Source of the DNA: a virus
Lineage: Duplodnaviria > Caudoviricetes
Direction: 5' to 3' (one strand)
DNA: 64,000 bases
Virus record (IMG/VR): IMGVR_UViG_3300048861_000137
Location: 5,357-69,356 of that record
A model generated the notes under the pieces. It saw only the letters and a list, made by a program, of their open reading frames with translations, did no database searches and was not told where the DNA came from. The translations under genes were made by a program, and so were the position numbers. Of this stretch, positions 49,057-58,021 are shown one piece after another. Position 1 is the stretch's first letter. Each line of letters opens with the position of its first letter.

Positions 49057-49770
49057 TTGGATCATCTCGACAACTATGCCGGCCCCGAACCGATGCGTCA
49101 GATCAGCGATGCCCTGTTGCGTCGAGGAAGAATGAATGCGTTGGGCTTTCCCATCTACCGACTGGTGCGATCGGAGTTCATCTTCGAGAAGGTCGGCGGC
49201 AGGTGGAATGACTGGGATGCTGACCTCAACGTCGCCGATCGAGGCGGTATCTCGACGGGCATGCAAGGCGAGGCAGTCCAGACACATCATCGGCCAGATC
49301 GAGTCGCAGAAGAAGTTCGCGAGGTTCCTACCTACTCCCATCTGGATTCACAGGGTTGGGTACTAGAGCGCTGGTATCCAGCCTCTTACTTCGGATCTCC
49401 GGAAGCGTGGGGAGCACAACTTCTGCCGGGCACGAAGATCCCCCTTCTGGGTCCTTTCCCATCCCAAGGGCGCTACCTGATGTTGGTTGGTCCCTTTCTC
49501 CATGAGCCAGACCTCTGTTTCCTTCACGACTTCATTTCGCACTGGGAGCAGCGGCGAGCCAGCTTTCCTGACGACGTCGAGCAGCACATCAAGAGGCGCA
49601 CTGAAGATGCGATCGCTCGAGAGGAAGAGCGTAGTCAGCGGGCGCAGCGCGAAAACTTCGAACGGCTCCGCGATTCCGTGAAGCCCTTGACCAGCACCAC
49701 GCTCGAGGCTGGGCGATGGCGGAGCAAGCAGTTTGAAAAAGCAGGATTCACCTCCCACATCGGGAACTAG
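49057..49770 (+). CDS. Hypothetical protein
   Basis: TTG start with AGGAG RBS. Confidence 0.65.
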   Translation: MDHLDNYAGPEPMRQISDALLRRGRMNALGFPIYRLVRSEFIFEKVGGRWNDWDADLNVADRGGISTGMQGEAVQTHHRPDRVAEEVREVPTYSHLDSQGWVLERWYPASYFGSPEAWGAQLLPGTKIPLLGPFPSQGRYLMLVGPFLHEPDLCFLHDFISHWEQRRASFPDDVEQHIKRRTEDAIAREEERSQRAQRENFERLRDSVKPLTSTTLEAGRWRSKQFEKAGFTSHIGN

Positions 49771-49779
49771 GAGACCAAC

Positions 49780-50844
49780 ATGCCGCGCAAGACAAGCGAT
49801 TTTACTGTCGAGGATCAGCAGGAGATTACAAGCAGTTCCCTGCATTTACCGGTTGATGACCGAACGACGCTTCACCGTACGCCCGATGGACGCGAGATCC
49901 CTACCGGATTCATTCCCCAAGCCAGCGCTGCTCAGGTTCCCGGACGCGCACAGGACAAGCCCTACAACGGTCTGCTTGAGGCGATGCGGATGCGCCATGA
50001 AGCTACTGGCATCCAGCCGGCGACCATCCTGAACTTTCTTCCGATTCCGCTCGTCGTGAATTCGCCGATGTCTGCCCTGAGAGTTCGCATTGCTCCGGCT
50101 CCTCTAGAGGGTGACGGCTTCAGCTTCCACGTATGGCACGATCCGGCGATCGAATGCATGGAGCGCGGCGAGGGCATCCGCCAGCCCTGGGACTTCCACC
50201 CGATCCAGTTAGCAAAGGCCTTCGTCGACGAATACTCCGAGTTCGGCGGAATCGTTGTGTTCCGTGGCTTGCCGACAGAGGAGTATCTAGGCCGCCCTGA
50301 AGTCGCACGTTTGATCGCCGACGCAAAAGAAAAGATGCGCGGCTGGATGCTGGTCAAGGTCGAGGAAGCGAACGGCGAATGGAATACGGTCAATCGTTCA
50401 GGAGCTCGTAACATCGTCGAGCTTCACCGTACCTGCGCGGCTCGCCTGAAGGATCTGGGTGTCATCGATCAGCTTCCCGAGTGGATCACGGAGGCGCGTC
50501 AGCTCAAGGACGTGGCGAAGAAGTGCTTCGTTTGCCAGAGCATCCCGAAGCCTGGCGCGCTGGAGTGCCTCGAATGCCACACCATCCTGGATCCGGCAAA
50601 AGCTTACATCGCTGGATTGATTCAGGAGAATGATCCCGCTCTCGAGCGGTTGACCCGCGCCGAAGTGGAAGCTCTCGGCATCTCGCTCTTCGTTGCGGAA
50701 ACCGTAGATGAGCGTGACGCGCGGGTGAAGCGAGGCGATCCGAAGCCTCTGTCGGTTGCTCAAATGCGAGCGCTGCAGGCACAGGAGCAGGAGCAGCAGA
50801 ACTACGTTCCAACGGTGGCTGGTACACAGCCTCCAGCAATTTAG
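49780..50844 (+). CDS. Hypothetical protein with zinc ribbon
   Basis: CFVC...CLEC; AGGAG RBS. Confidence 0.7.
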   Translation: MPRKTSDFTVEDQQEITSSSLHLPVDDRTTLHRTPDGREIPTGFIPQASAAQVPGRAQDKPYNGLLEAMRMRHEATGIQPATILNFLPIPLVVNSPMSALRVRIAPAPLEGDGFSFHVWHDPAIECMERGEGIRQPWDFHPIQLAKAFVDEYSEFGGIVVFRGLPTEEYLGRPEVARLIADAKEKMRGWMLVKVEEANGEWNTVNRSGARNIVELHRTCAARLKDLGVIDQLPEWITEARQLKDVAKKCFVCQSIPKPGALECLECHTILDPAKAYIAGLIQENDPALERLTRAEVEALGISLFVAETVDERDARVKRGDPKPLSVAQMRALQAQEQEQQNYVPTVAGTQPPAI

Positions 50845-50880
50845 GTTTCAACGCTCATTTGAGCGGAAAGGCAAAACGTC

Positions 50881-51243
50881 ATGAAGGTTTTACGCTGTCT
50901 CGGTGTCTTGATTCTCGCTCTGGCTGCTTCGACTTCGTATGGTCAGAAGCTAAAGGCGTCGTCCCCACATACCGCTACGTTCACATGGACTGCATCTGTT
51001 GATGGCGGTTCCGTGTCCCTCTACCGCGCCTCGTCGGCGTGCTCGGCAACTCCTACCAGTTTCACCGTGGTACAAAGCGGACTTCCCGCAGCTGGCCCGG
51101 CCGCAGATTCGACCGTGACCGCTGGGGCGTGGTGCTACTACGTGACCACTACGGTTCAAGGACTGGAGTCTGCTGCTTCAAACAAAATCACCATCACGGT
51201 GTTACCCCAACCACCGGCAGGGCTGGCTGGAGCGGTTGATTGA
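50881..51243 (+). CDS. Secreted single fibronectin-III/Ig-like domain protein
   Basis: MKVLRCLGVLILALAASTSYG|Q; ATFTWTAS...LYR...YYVTT...ESAASN Fn3 pattern. Confidence 0.75.
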   Translation: MKVLRCLGVLILALAASTSYGQKLKASSPHTATFTWTASVDGGSVSLYRASSACSATPTSFTVVQSGLPAAGPAADSTVTAGAWCYYVTTTVQGLESAASNKITITVLPQPPAGLAGAVD

Positions 51244-51307
51244 TTGGTTCCTTAGCCTCTTCAGTTGGCTTTGGTAGAGGCAGGGTGGACGGAAAGAGGA
51301 GGGCGGC

Positions 51308-52009
51308 ATGCTGGCAGATGTAAATGATGTGGCAAAGCGAGCGGGCGCACTCCTCGACGATCCTTCCAATTCGATCTACACCCTGGCATACCTTATGCCA
51401 TTCATCGACGATTGTTACGACAACCTCGACGTAGACCTTGAACTCGCTGGAATGCAGTACATCGAATCGATCGCCGTGTTCCCTGTCACGGCCGGGACCT
51501 CTGATCTATCCCCCCTACTTCAGGACGGGCAGCCCCTGGCGACGATGAAGCTTCCGAAGCAGATCCGCTGGAAGCTTGTAGGGCAACCGGACGATCTCTA
51601 TCAGGTCAGCACTGGTCCGGTCCTGGAGTTGGATGAAGTCGATACCGCGCAATCGGTGGGTGCTCTGCAGTGGCGCTTCGGTGACGGAGCCATCCAGATC
51701 ACCCCCAGCGTTGCCGACATGACTCTGAAGGTCTACTTCGACCAGATGTCGACCAACATCTACGACCCCAGCCAGCAGGTCATTCGCGGTACCGCTCACA
51801 TCCTCGCCGCTCGAGTGGCAACCGAAGTGGCCGGCGCTCGCAAGGGGATGGAGAAGAGACGGGACACTCTCGAGAAGAAGGCATTCAGGTCCTGGAACGC
51901 CTTCAAGACGTTGCTGGTGAAAAACAACCAGAGCCGCCCGGTTACGGCACAGCCGATCCATCCGCGGAGGAATGTGGCAACACCCTATGTCGCTGCTCCC
52001 AGCCAGTAG
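51308..52009 (+). CDS. Head-tail adaptor / tail tubular protein A-like
   Basis: Size and position before the nozzle gene; DVAKRAGALLDD N-terminus. Confidence 0.55.
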   Translation: MLADVNDVAKRAGALLDDPSNSIYTLAYLMPFIDDCYDNLDVDLELAGMQYIESIAVFPVTAGTSDLSPLLQDGQPLATMKLPKQIRWKLVGQPDDLYQVSTGPVLELDEVDTAQSVGALQWRFGDGAIQITPSVADMTLKVYFDQMSTNIYDPSQQVIRGTAHILAARVATEVAGARKGMEKRRDTLEKKAFRSWNAFKTLLVKNNQSRPVTAQPIHPRRNVATPYVAAPSQ

Positions 52010-52060
52010 CGATGCAATCGCAGCGTAGGCCGAACCCGCGTAAGCGCAGAGAGGAAGATC

Positions 52061-52444
52061 ATGGCGAACCAACTAACCGCACTCAAGACCGATTACACCC
52101 GCCGACGTCAGACCCGCCGATTCAAGATTGCCCTAACAGGAAGCTATGTAAACGGCACCGGCGAGGTCCTCGACTTCACCAACATCCTCAATCCGGAGTT
52201 TCAGGGGAACATCGCTCCCGGCTTCTTCCCTCCTCCAGCCTTGGCTGACTTCAAGGTAGTCCGCGCTCCTGTGGGCTACGGAGCTGAGGTTGTGGCGAAC
52301 GGAGCAAACACGGCACCGAACAATGCGTTTGCTCTGAAGCTGTTCTCTGCCGCGGGAACGGAGCTAGCGAGCGGTGCTTACTCGGCCGGAGTCCTCGCGG
52401 ACTTCGTCGTTCTTGAACTCAACACTTCCACCTTTGGCGGGTAA
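52061..52444 (+). CDS. Small virion (decoration-like) protein
   Basis: LTGSYVNGTGE motif; beta-rich; GAGG RBS. Confidence 0.45.
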   Translation: MANQLTALKTDYTRRRQTRRFKIALTGSYVNGTGEVLDFTNILNPEFQGNIAPGFFPPPALADFKVVRAPVGYGAEVVANGANTAPNNAFALKLFSAAGTELASGAYSAGVLADFVVLELNTSTFGG

Positions 52445-52450
52445 GAAACA

Positions 52451-55189
52451 GTGGATTTCGGAGACGCAAGGCCCCAGAGTGTCCCACGGTTCGGCTCTGT
52501 CGTTCAGTGGGACAACCCTACTCAGTTGCCCCTCGGGCTCGCTAAGATCTCGCGCAATAACAGGTTTACTGCGCAGTCTGTAGCAACGCGCTGGGGATTC
52601 TCGCAGCGCTTGAAGTTCGGAGCGCAGGGGTCTTCGCTCTCCGCGATCGGAGCAATCCGGTACCTGGCTAACGACAACAGTGGCCAGGAATACCTCAACC
52701 TTATGGGCTACACGGCTTCGGACGGAAACATCTGGAGCGCGGTCCCCTACCAGCAAGGTTCGGTCACTCAGCTGTCGACGGATGCTCTTTTGGCGTTGAT
52801 GAATCAACCGCGCTATACCAATCTCAACCCCATCATCACTCAGGCCTTCAACAAGGGCATCATCGCCATGGGGGACCTTGCTTCCGCGAGGGCTCCTTCA
52901 TTTATCTATGATCCTGCCGGGGGAACGCTCGATCAGGTGTCCGATAAACCGTTCGGCGTCCCATGGAATCCAAACACGCGATACAGGGTTGGGCATGTCG
53001 TCAGCCCCAGCACGTTCATTACGAATGGTCTGCCGGCCGCTCAGGGAACATGGTCAGCAAAGGTCACCGGGCATCTCTACCGCTGCACGGTCGCCGGGAC
53101 AAGCGACGCAAGTCAGCCCGCATGGCCGACGACCACAGGCGCGACAGTAGCGAGCGGAACGGCAACCTTCCAGGAGTACACACCGACATGCGCCTCCGGA
53201 CTCCCGGACCCTGGGGCACCCATCAACCCTTCTGCATCCGCTGATAGCGGTTCCCCGATTATCAACGGAGCAACAGTCTATGTGGCACTCACCTACGTCA
53301 GCGCGCGCGGCGAATCAATCAATCAGTTGACGACGATGCAGGGCAATGTAGATCCGAGCAAAGTGCTCATCTACACCAACACCACAGGAAGCCCCGTCGA
53401 CCTGTCCTTTGTGCTCCCAGCCATTCCTCCGGAATTGCAGACCACTGGTCCGCTGGGAGGCAATGGAGCTACTGGCTACAACGTCTACACCTTCATCGTT
53501 CAGGGCACTACAGATCCAGCGCAGATCATCGATCCGACCTTCTACGCTCAGTTCGGCGGAACGAATATGGCTCCTGGAACTACGGTGACGCTGAACAGTT
53601 TCCCCGTCGGGCAGACGATGCCCACCATAAACAGCGCTGTCATTGCGTCTCCGGGAAACGTCGACACAGGACTTCGCTGGATGGTCGTGTTCTTCGTGAC
53701 CCGGACGAACTACCAGACCGGATTCTCGAAGAGCGCTCCCATTCCGGTCTATGTCACCCAAGCCGGGCTAATGGTACTCGCTCAGAAGATCCCCATCGGT
53801 CCCTACAATACGATCTGCCGAATCTGTGCGTTCACCGTAGCCGGCGCGTCTTCGGCCGGACCATACACCTATGTTGACGAAGACGACGTCGAGAGCCCAG
53901 GCTTCAACCAAGCCGACATCCCAATCACCTCGACGCGAATCAACGACAATACGACCACCTCGGCACAGTTCAACTTCACTGACAGTTACCTGCCTGGGGC
54001 GTCCGATGTCACCAATTACTTCCAGCGCATCGAGATGATGGGAGCTTCAGACGCCTTCTTCTCGAAGACGCTCGGGAGTGTGATTTATACGGGGGTTCCT
54101 GGCTTCCCCAGTGGTCATCTCGTCTCAGACTATGCAGATCCAGAGGCGGTCCGTGTGCCCGGTTCGAATATCCAGGTGTCGGAGTCGGACGGAGATCGCA
54201 CCGTATGCTGGCGCGAGTTTCGAGAAAACCAGATCTCCTGCAAAGAGAACTCGGGTCATGCGATAGTCCCGAACAGTGGAGATCCTTCGACTTGGAAGAC
54301 GCAGCGGCTCTGGGCGGGATCAGGTCCTGTGGGTCCGAAGGCCATCGCCATCGGCATCGAAGACCAGAGCGAGTTCATCGTCTACGGACATCGCAACGGT
54401 GGCTTCCGGTATGTCGGGGGCACGCCGCAGCTCATCACCCGCGAGCTCATGGGAACTCCTGAACGCCCTGGCCTGTGGGATCGAATCAACTGGGATTACG
54501 GCTATCTCATGGTTACCTCGATCGATGAGAAGCGACGCGAGGTCCGGTTCAGCGTCCCATTTGATGGGTCTACGGTTCGCAACCTGACGATCACCGTGAA
54601 CTACTTCTTCGGATGGGAAGATCCTGTCATCTTTGCCGCCCGGAGTGGGCGTCTCGTTCCGAACGTGAACGGCCGCAAGTGGTCCCTAGATGACCTGGCG
54701 GTTGCCGATATGGTCTATATCCCACGACGCTACAACGTGAGCAATACTTCACTCGCCGGCGTTGACCTCACAGAAGAGCTTCTCCTCGCGAGCACGGACG
54801 GCGCTCTTTATAGCCTCAAGGAAGGCCAGTATTGGGATGACAACTACGCTGGCGGCCAGCAGGGCTATTTCTCGCAATGGCTTAGCGTCCCTGGACCGAA
54901 CCCTACATTGACGATGAATCAGCTCATGGGAGCCAGCTGCTCCGCCGTCGGAAACGGATTCCTCAACGTCTATGCCGTAGACGACACTAACGCAACTTTC
55001 CCGCTCAGCACACCCGATCGTCAATGGATGCTCTCCGGCATCGAGAGTCAGCGAGACTTCGGCGCCGTGGCGTCAACGTCATCTCGCTTTGGAGTCGGGT
55101 TCGATAATGGCGCCGTGGCGGGCGCATGGTACGAGATGCACAACGCCACACTTTGGGTAGAACCGACATTTGCAACGAGGCCAGGATGA
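52451..55189 (+). CDS. Tail nozzle / tubular protein B-like (beta-propeller) with insertions
   Basis: 912 aa; PLGLA..SRNNRF N-terminus; propeller-like repeats (GSGPVGPKAI, RINWDY...IDEKRREVRFSVP). Confidence 0.7.
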   Translation: MDFGDARPQSVPRFGSVVQWDNPTQLPLGLAKISRNNRFTAQSVATRWGFSQRLKFGAQGSSLSAIGAIRYLANDNSGQEYLNLMGYTASDGNIWSAVPYQQGSVTQLSTDALLALMNQPRYTNLNPIITQAFNKGIIAMGDLASARAPSFIYDPAGGTLDQVSDKPFGVPWNPNTRYRVGHVVSPSTFITNGLPAAQGTWSAKVTGHLYRCTVAGTSDASQPAWPTTTGATVASGTATFQEYTPTCASGLPDPGAPINPSASADSGSPIINGATVYVALTYVSARGESINQLTTMQGNVDPSKVLIYTNTTGSPVDLSFVLPAIPPELQTTGPLGGNGATGYNVYTFIVQGTTDPAQIIDPTFYAQFGGTNMAPGTTVTLNSFPVGQTMPTINSAVIASPGNVDTGLRWMVVFFVTRTNYQTGFSKSAPIPVYVTQAGLMVLAQKIPIGPYNTICRICAFTVAGASSAGPYTYVDEDDVESPGFNQADIPITSTRINDNTTTSAQFNFTDSYLPGASDVTNYFQRIEMMGASDAFFSKTLGSVIYTGVPGFPSGHLVSDYADPEAVRVPGSNIQVSESDGDRTVCWREFRENQISCKENSGHAIVPNSGDPSTWKTQRLWAGSGPVGPKAIAIGIEDQSEFIVYGHRNGGFRYVGGTPQLITRELMGTPERPGLWDRINWDYGYLMVTSIDEKRREVRFSVPFDGSTVRNLTITVNYFFGWEDPVIFAARSGRLVPNVNGRKWSLDDLAVADMVYIPRRYNVSNTSLAGVDLTEELLLASTDGALYSLKEGQYWDDNYAGGQQGYFSQWLSVPGPNPTLTMNQLMGASCSAVGNGFLNVYAVDDTNATFPLSTPDRQWMLSGIESQRDFGAVASTSSRFGVGFDNGAVAGAWYEMHNATLWVEPTFATRPG

Positions 55190-55452
55190 ATGACGACCTA
55201 ACAAGACGGCTCCGACTATCCTCAAAACCCGACAGCGTAGATCGCGAACGCTACATGGCAGGGACTCTCTTTGGCGACTGGATGCGCGATCACGAAGAGG
55301 TGATGAGCATTGACGCAATCACCCGAGGAGCGCAACGTTCGATTGAAGCGTCTTGCATCTTCTGGGAGCAGTGGGACATAGCAACGTTGACTCCGGACGT
55401 AAAGGTAGAAGATGAAGGACTCCCGTGCCCGGAAGCTATCGAGGAGACCTAG
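55186..55452 (+). CDS. Hypothetical protein
   Basis: ATGA-coupled 88-aa ORF. Confidence 0.5.
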   Translation: MNDDLTRRLRLSSKPDSVDRERYMAGTLFGDWMRDHEEVMSIDAITRGAQRSIEASCIFWEQWDIATLTPDVKVEDEGLPCPEAIEET

Positions 55453-56949
55453 ATGTCGCAGATCAATGTAATTCCAAGCCAGAAAATCAACGATGCTGCC
55501 GGCGGCAATGAAGCTCTCCGCGAGATCCTCCTGGCCATGGCGAACACAAATAATCTGCAGACGGACGCCACTAACACTGCTTCCGGAAAGAATGTCCCAC
55601 AGCAGGCAAAGGCAACCGTCTCCTACCTTCAGGGCAGTTATGTCGTACAGATTGAGAATCCTGGCGCCGTGGCTCCGACCAGCGCGCTGCAGGCGGCTCA
55701 GGCGAAAGCCGGCGCCACAGTCAGCAGTACGATCGCTCCGGTGACGGCAATCTATCATCAGATCCGCGCGGCGACGTCACCACGGTTCAGCATCTCCGAC
55801 AGTGTCCAGGTCTTCGGCAGCGATACCGGATCGACGCAAACTTACTGGACGATCTCGAATCTTGGCTCAGGTCGCTTCTACTTCCAGATCCGATCGAGCT
55901 ACGATGGCAAGAACTGGAACCTCTGGCGCAATGCCAACGGCGGCCAGACGATCACAACACAGCCAGACGGTGTGACCGTGGAAGCGACAAACAATGCCGT
56001 CTTCGGCGTCTTTGAACTTCCAGGAAAACAGCTCGTCAGCTTCGGGTCCGGGCTTGTATCGAATGGGAATAGCTTCGGAGTTCCAGAGCAGCTCTACACT
56101 TCGGCGATGAAGGCGATCGCAGGGCCCAACGGATTCCAGGCTCAGTCATCGAACTTGGCACACGGAATCGTGGCAGAGAATGTCTCCCTGCAAGTTCCTA
56201 ATCCGCAACCTCCGACGACAGGTCCCACCGACTATCCAACCGTCGTTCAGATGCTTTATCAAGATGGCTTGGGACATCAATGGCCCGGAACCTGCAATAT
56301 CTTTGCCTTCATGTATGACCCGCTGGGAACCAATATTCGCGAGGAAACTACCGGCGATGGATCATGGGTGGACATCACCCTCTCAGGAGGAGCTCATCTC
56401 TCGATCGGCTCCGGTGTGACGAATGATGGAGCAGCAATAGGATTACCGTCGACGATGCCGTGGGTTTCACCCTCGACTATGCTCAGCATCGTTTCCCCGA
56501 ACGTTGGCTTCAGCGCGTCTCGCCAGGCGCGCGGTATAACTGTTGCCAACATCGACAGCGGCGGCGTTCTGCACTGCCAGTTCCAGGACACGACAGATCA
56601 TGCATGGAGCTCTACCGGAAACTGGGTAGCAATCGCCTGGACTCCAGGCCTCCCAGTTGAAACGGTGACCGGCGGAAAGTGGTTGGTCCTCACTCTCCCG
56701 ACTGGAAGCAAGATCGCCATCGGTGGAGGATCTGGTGGAAACGGTTCCGCTTTCGCAATGCCTTCAGGCTTCAGTTCGCTGAACATGCTGGCGATCGCAA
56801 CGCCGGCGAGTGCTGACGAGACTTCACATCCGATGGCGGGAGTCTATGAGTGTGGCATCCTTGGTACCACGCTTCAGCTTTCATACAACGACACAGAGGG
56901 CAACTTCTGGAACGGCAATGTGAACTGGATGGCCTTCGCATGGCAATGA
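55453..56949 (+). CDS. Tail protein with Fn3-like domain and three tandem C-terminal repeats
   Basis: FYFQIRSSYDGKNW Fn3-like; repeats (S/A)FGSG...P...M.AI..P...W.G..NW.A.AW. Confidence 0.6.
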   Translation: MSQINVIPSQKINDAAGGNEALREILLAMANTNNLQTDATNTASGKNVPQQAKATVSYLQGSYVVQIENPGAVAPTSALQAAQAKAGATVSSTIAPVTAIYHQIRAATSPRFSISDSVQVFGSDTGSTQTYWTISNLGSGRFYFQIRSSYDGKNWNLWRNANGGQTITTQPDGVTVEATNNAVFGVFELPGKQLVSFGSGLVSNGNSFGVPEQLYTSAMKAIAGPNGFQAQSSNLAHGIVAENVSLQVPNPQPPTTGPTDYPTVVQMLYQDGLGHQWPGTCNIFAFMYDPLGTNIREETTGDGSWVDITLSGGAHLSIGSGVTNDGAAIGLPSTMPWVSPSTMLSIVSPNVGFSASRQARGITVANIDSGGVLHCQFQDTTDHAWSSTGNWVAIAWTPGLPVETVTGGKWLVLTLPTGSKIAIGGGSGGNGSAFAMPSGFSSLNMLAIATPASADETSHPMAGVYECGILGTTLQLSYNDTEGNFWNGNVNWMAFAWQ

Positions 56950-57389
56950 CAGACGAATCTTGGCGCGATTGGAAACTGGAACATTCGGGGCTTACTTGGA
57001 CGGTCGCGCTTCCCGAAGATCTTCCGGAGATCGAAGCTATCATCGGAACGACGGAGGCGAAGTATGGAGCCCAAGATAGACCCGACCTATTTTCGGTACC
57101 TGTCGTTATTACTCTCGTCTGCCGAGATGCTGACGGGAGCATCGTCGATGGCATTTATGTCGAAGCCATCGCCGAGATCGTCAAGTTCGGAACCAACCGA
57201 GCTGCTTTCAGCGCCTACGATGCTCTCCTCCCGCACATTGGAGGGCTGCTTGCGAATCGAGGATTCCGTATCGCGCAGATCGCAACTCTTCGACGTTGGG
57301 CCGGAGTGATGGCATTCCCGATGAAGATCCTTGGGTTCGAGCGCTCGGATGGGCGGCTAGCTTACTGGATGCGTAAGATTCGTCCCTGA
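56946..57389 (+). CDS. GNAT-like virion assembly protein (T7 gp13 / P22 gp14 position)
   Basis: VALPEDLPEIEAI...LVCRDADGSIVDG...LGFER; located before the ejection proteins. Confidence 0.5.
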   Translation: MTDESWRDWKLEHSGLTWTVALPEDLPEIEAIIGTTEAKYGAQDRPDLFSVPVVITLVCRDADGSIVDGIYVEAIAEIVKFGTNRAAFSAYDALLPHIGGLLANRGFRIAQIATLRRWAGVMAFPMKILGFERSDGRLAYWMRKIRP

Positions 57390-57416
57390 TAAAGAATCTC
57401 TTGCCGTGGCAATCGG

Positions 57417-57430
57417 AAATGGTAGTCTCT
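57417..57430 (+). promoter_or_regulatory. Conserved late-promoter-like motif, copy 5
   Basis: AAATGGTAGTCTCT upstream of the ejection-protein operon. Confidence 0.65.
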
Positions 57431-57438
57431 CGCGCGTC

Positions 57439-58017
57439 ATGGCGAAGCACGCGACCCAAGCAAACGACGACGCGAATGCCGACTACACCGGATGGGAAAA
57501 CACATCCCTCGGCAACTACAACAACGCCATGTCCGGCTATATGTCGAACGTGAATTCGACGCTCGCGGGCGGGGATCCCTACAAGTCGACCCCCTATCTG
57601 ACCAATCAGAACATCCTCACTTCTGGCGCGATGAACTCGGCCGGGAATAAAGCGAACCAAGAAAATCGCGATGTAGCGCTGCGCACTGGCACAAACACTG
57701 CCGCCGTGCAGGCATCACGCGATGCGAACGCCCAGCAAGCATCACGCGATCTCACCACGTACAACGCATCCCGCGACACCGAGAATGAGGACAAGTGGTT
57801 GCAGATGCAGGATCGCCTCCGCCAGGAGCAGTTGGCGGGAGCGAACTCCGAAGCGAATGTTTACGGTACCAGCGTTCAGGGTCGCGGAAACTCGCTGAAT
57901 AATCTGACGAGCATTCAGAATTCGGAAGATGCTCTGTGGGGCAGCGCTATTAGCGGTGTCGCAGGAGCGGCTGGAGCTGGACTCGCCGGAGCTGCCGGCA
58001 AAGGTGCGAGGGTTTAG
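57439..58017 (+). CDS. Internal virion / ejection protein 1
   Basis: N/Q/A-rich helical body with G/A-rich hydrophobic C-terminus (P22 gp7-like architecture). Confidence 0.65.
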   Translation: MAKHATQANDDANADYTGWENTSLGNYNNAMSGYMSNVNSTLAGGDPYKSTPYLTNQNILTSGAMNSAGNKANQENRDVALRTGTNTAAVQASRDANAQQASRDLTTYNASRDTENEDKWLQMQDRLRQEQLAGANSEANVYGTSVQGRGNSLNNLTSIQNSEDALWGSAISGVAGAAGAGLAGAAGKGARV

Positions 58018-58021
58018 AACG

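Noticed and set aside
47683-49341. 552-aa minus-strand ORF
   Set aside because: Antisense shadow of the codon-biased capsid gene; no recognisable motifs.
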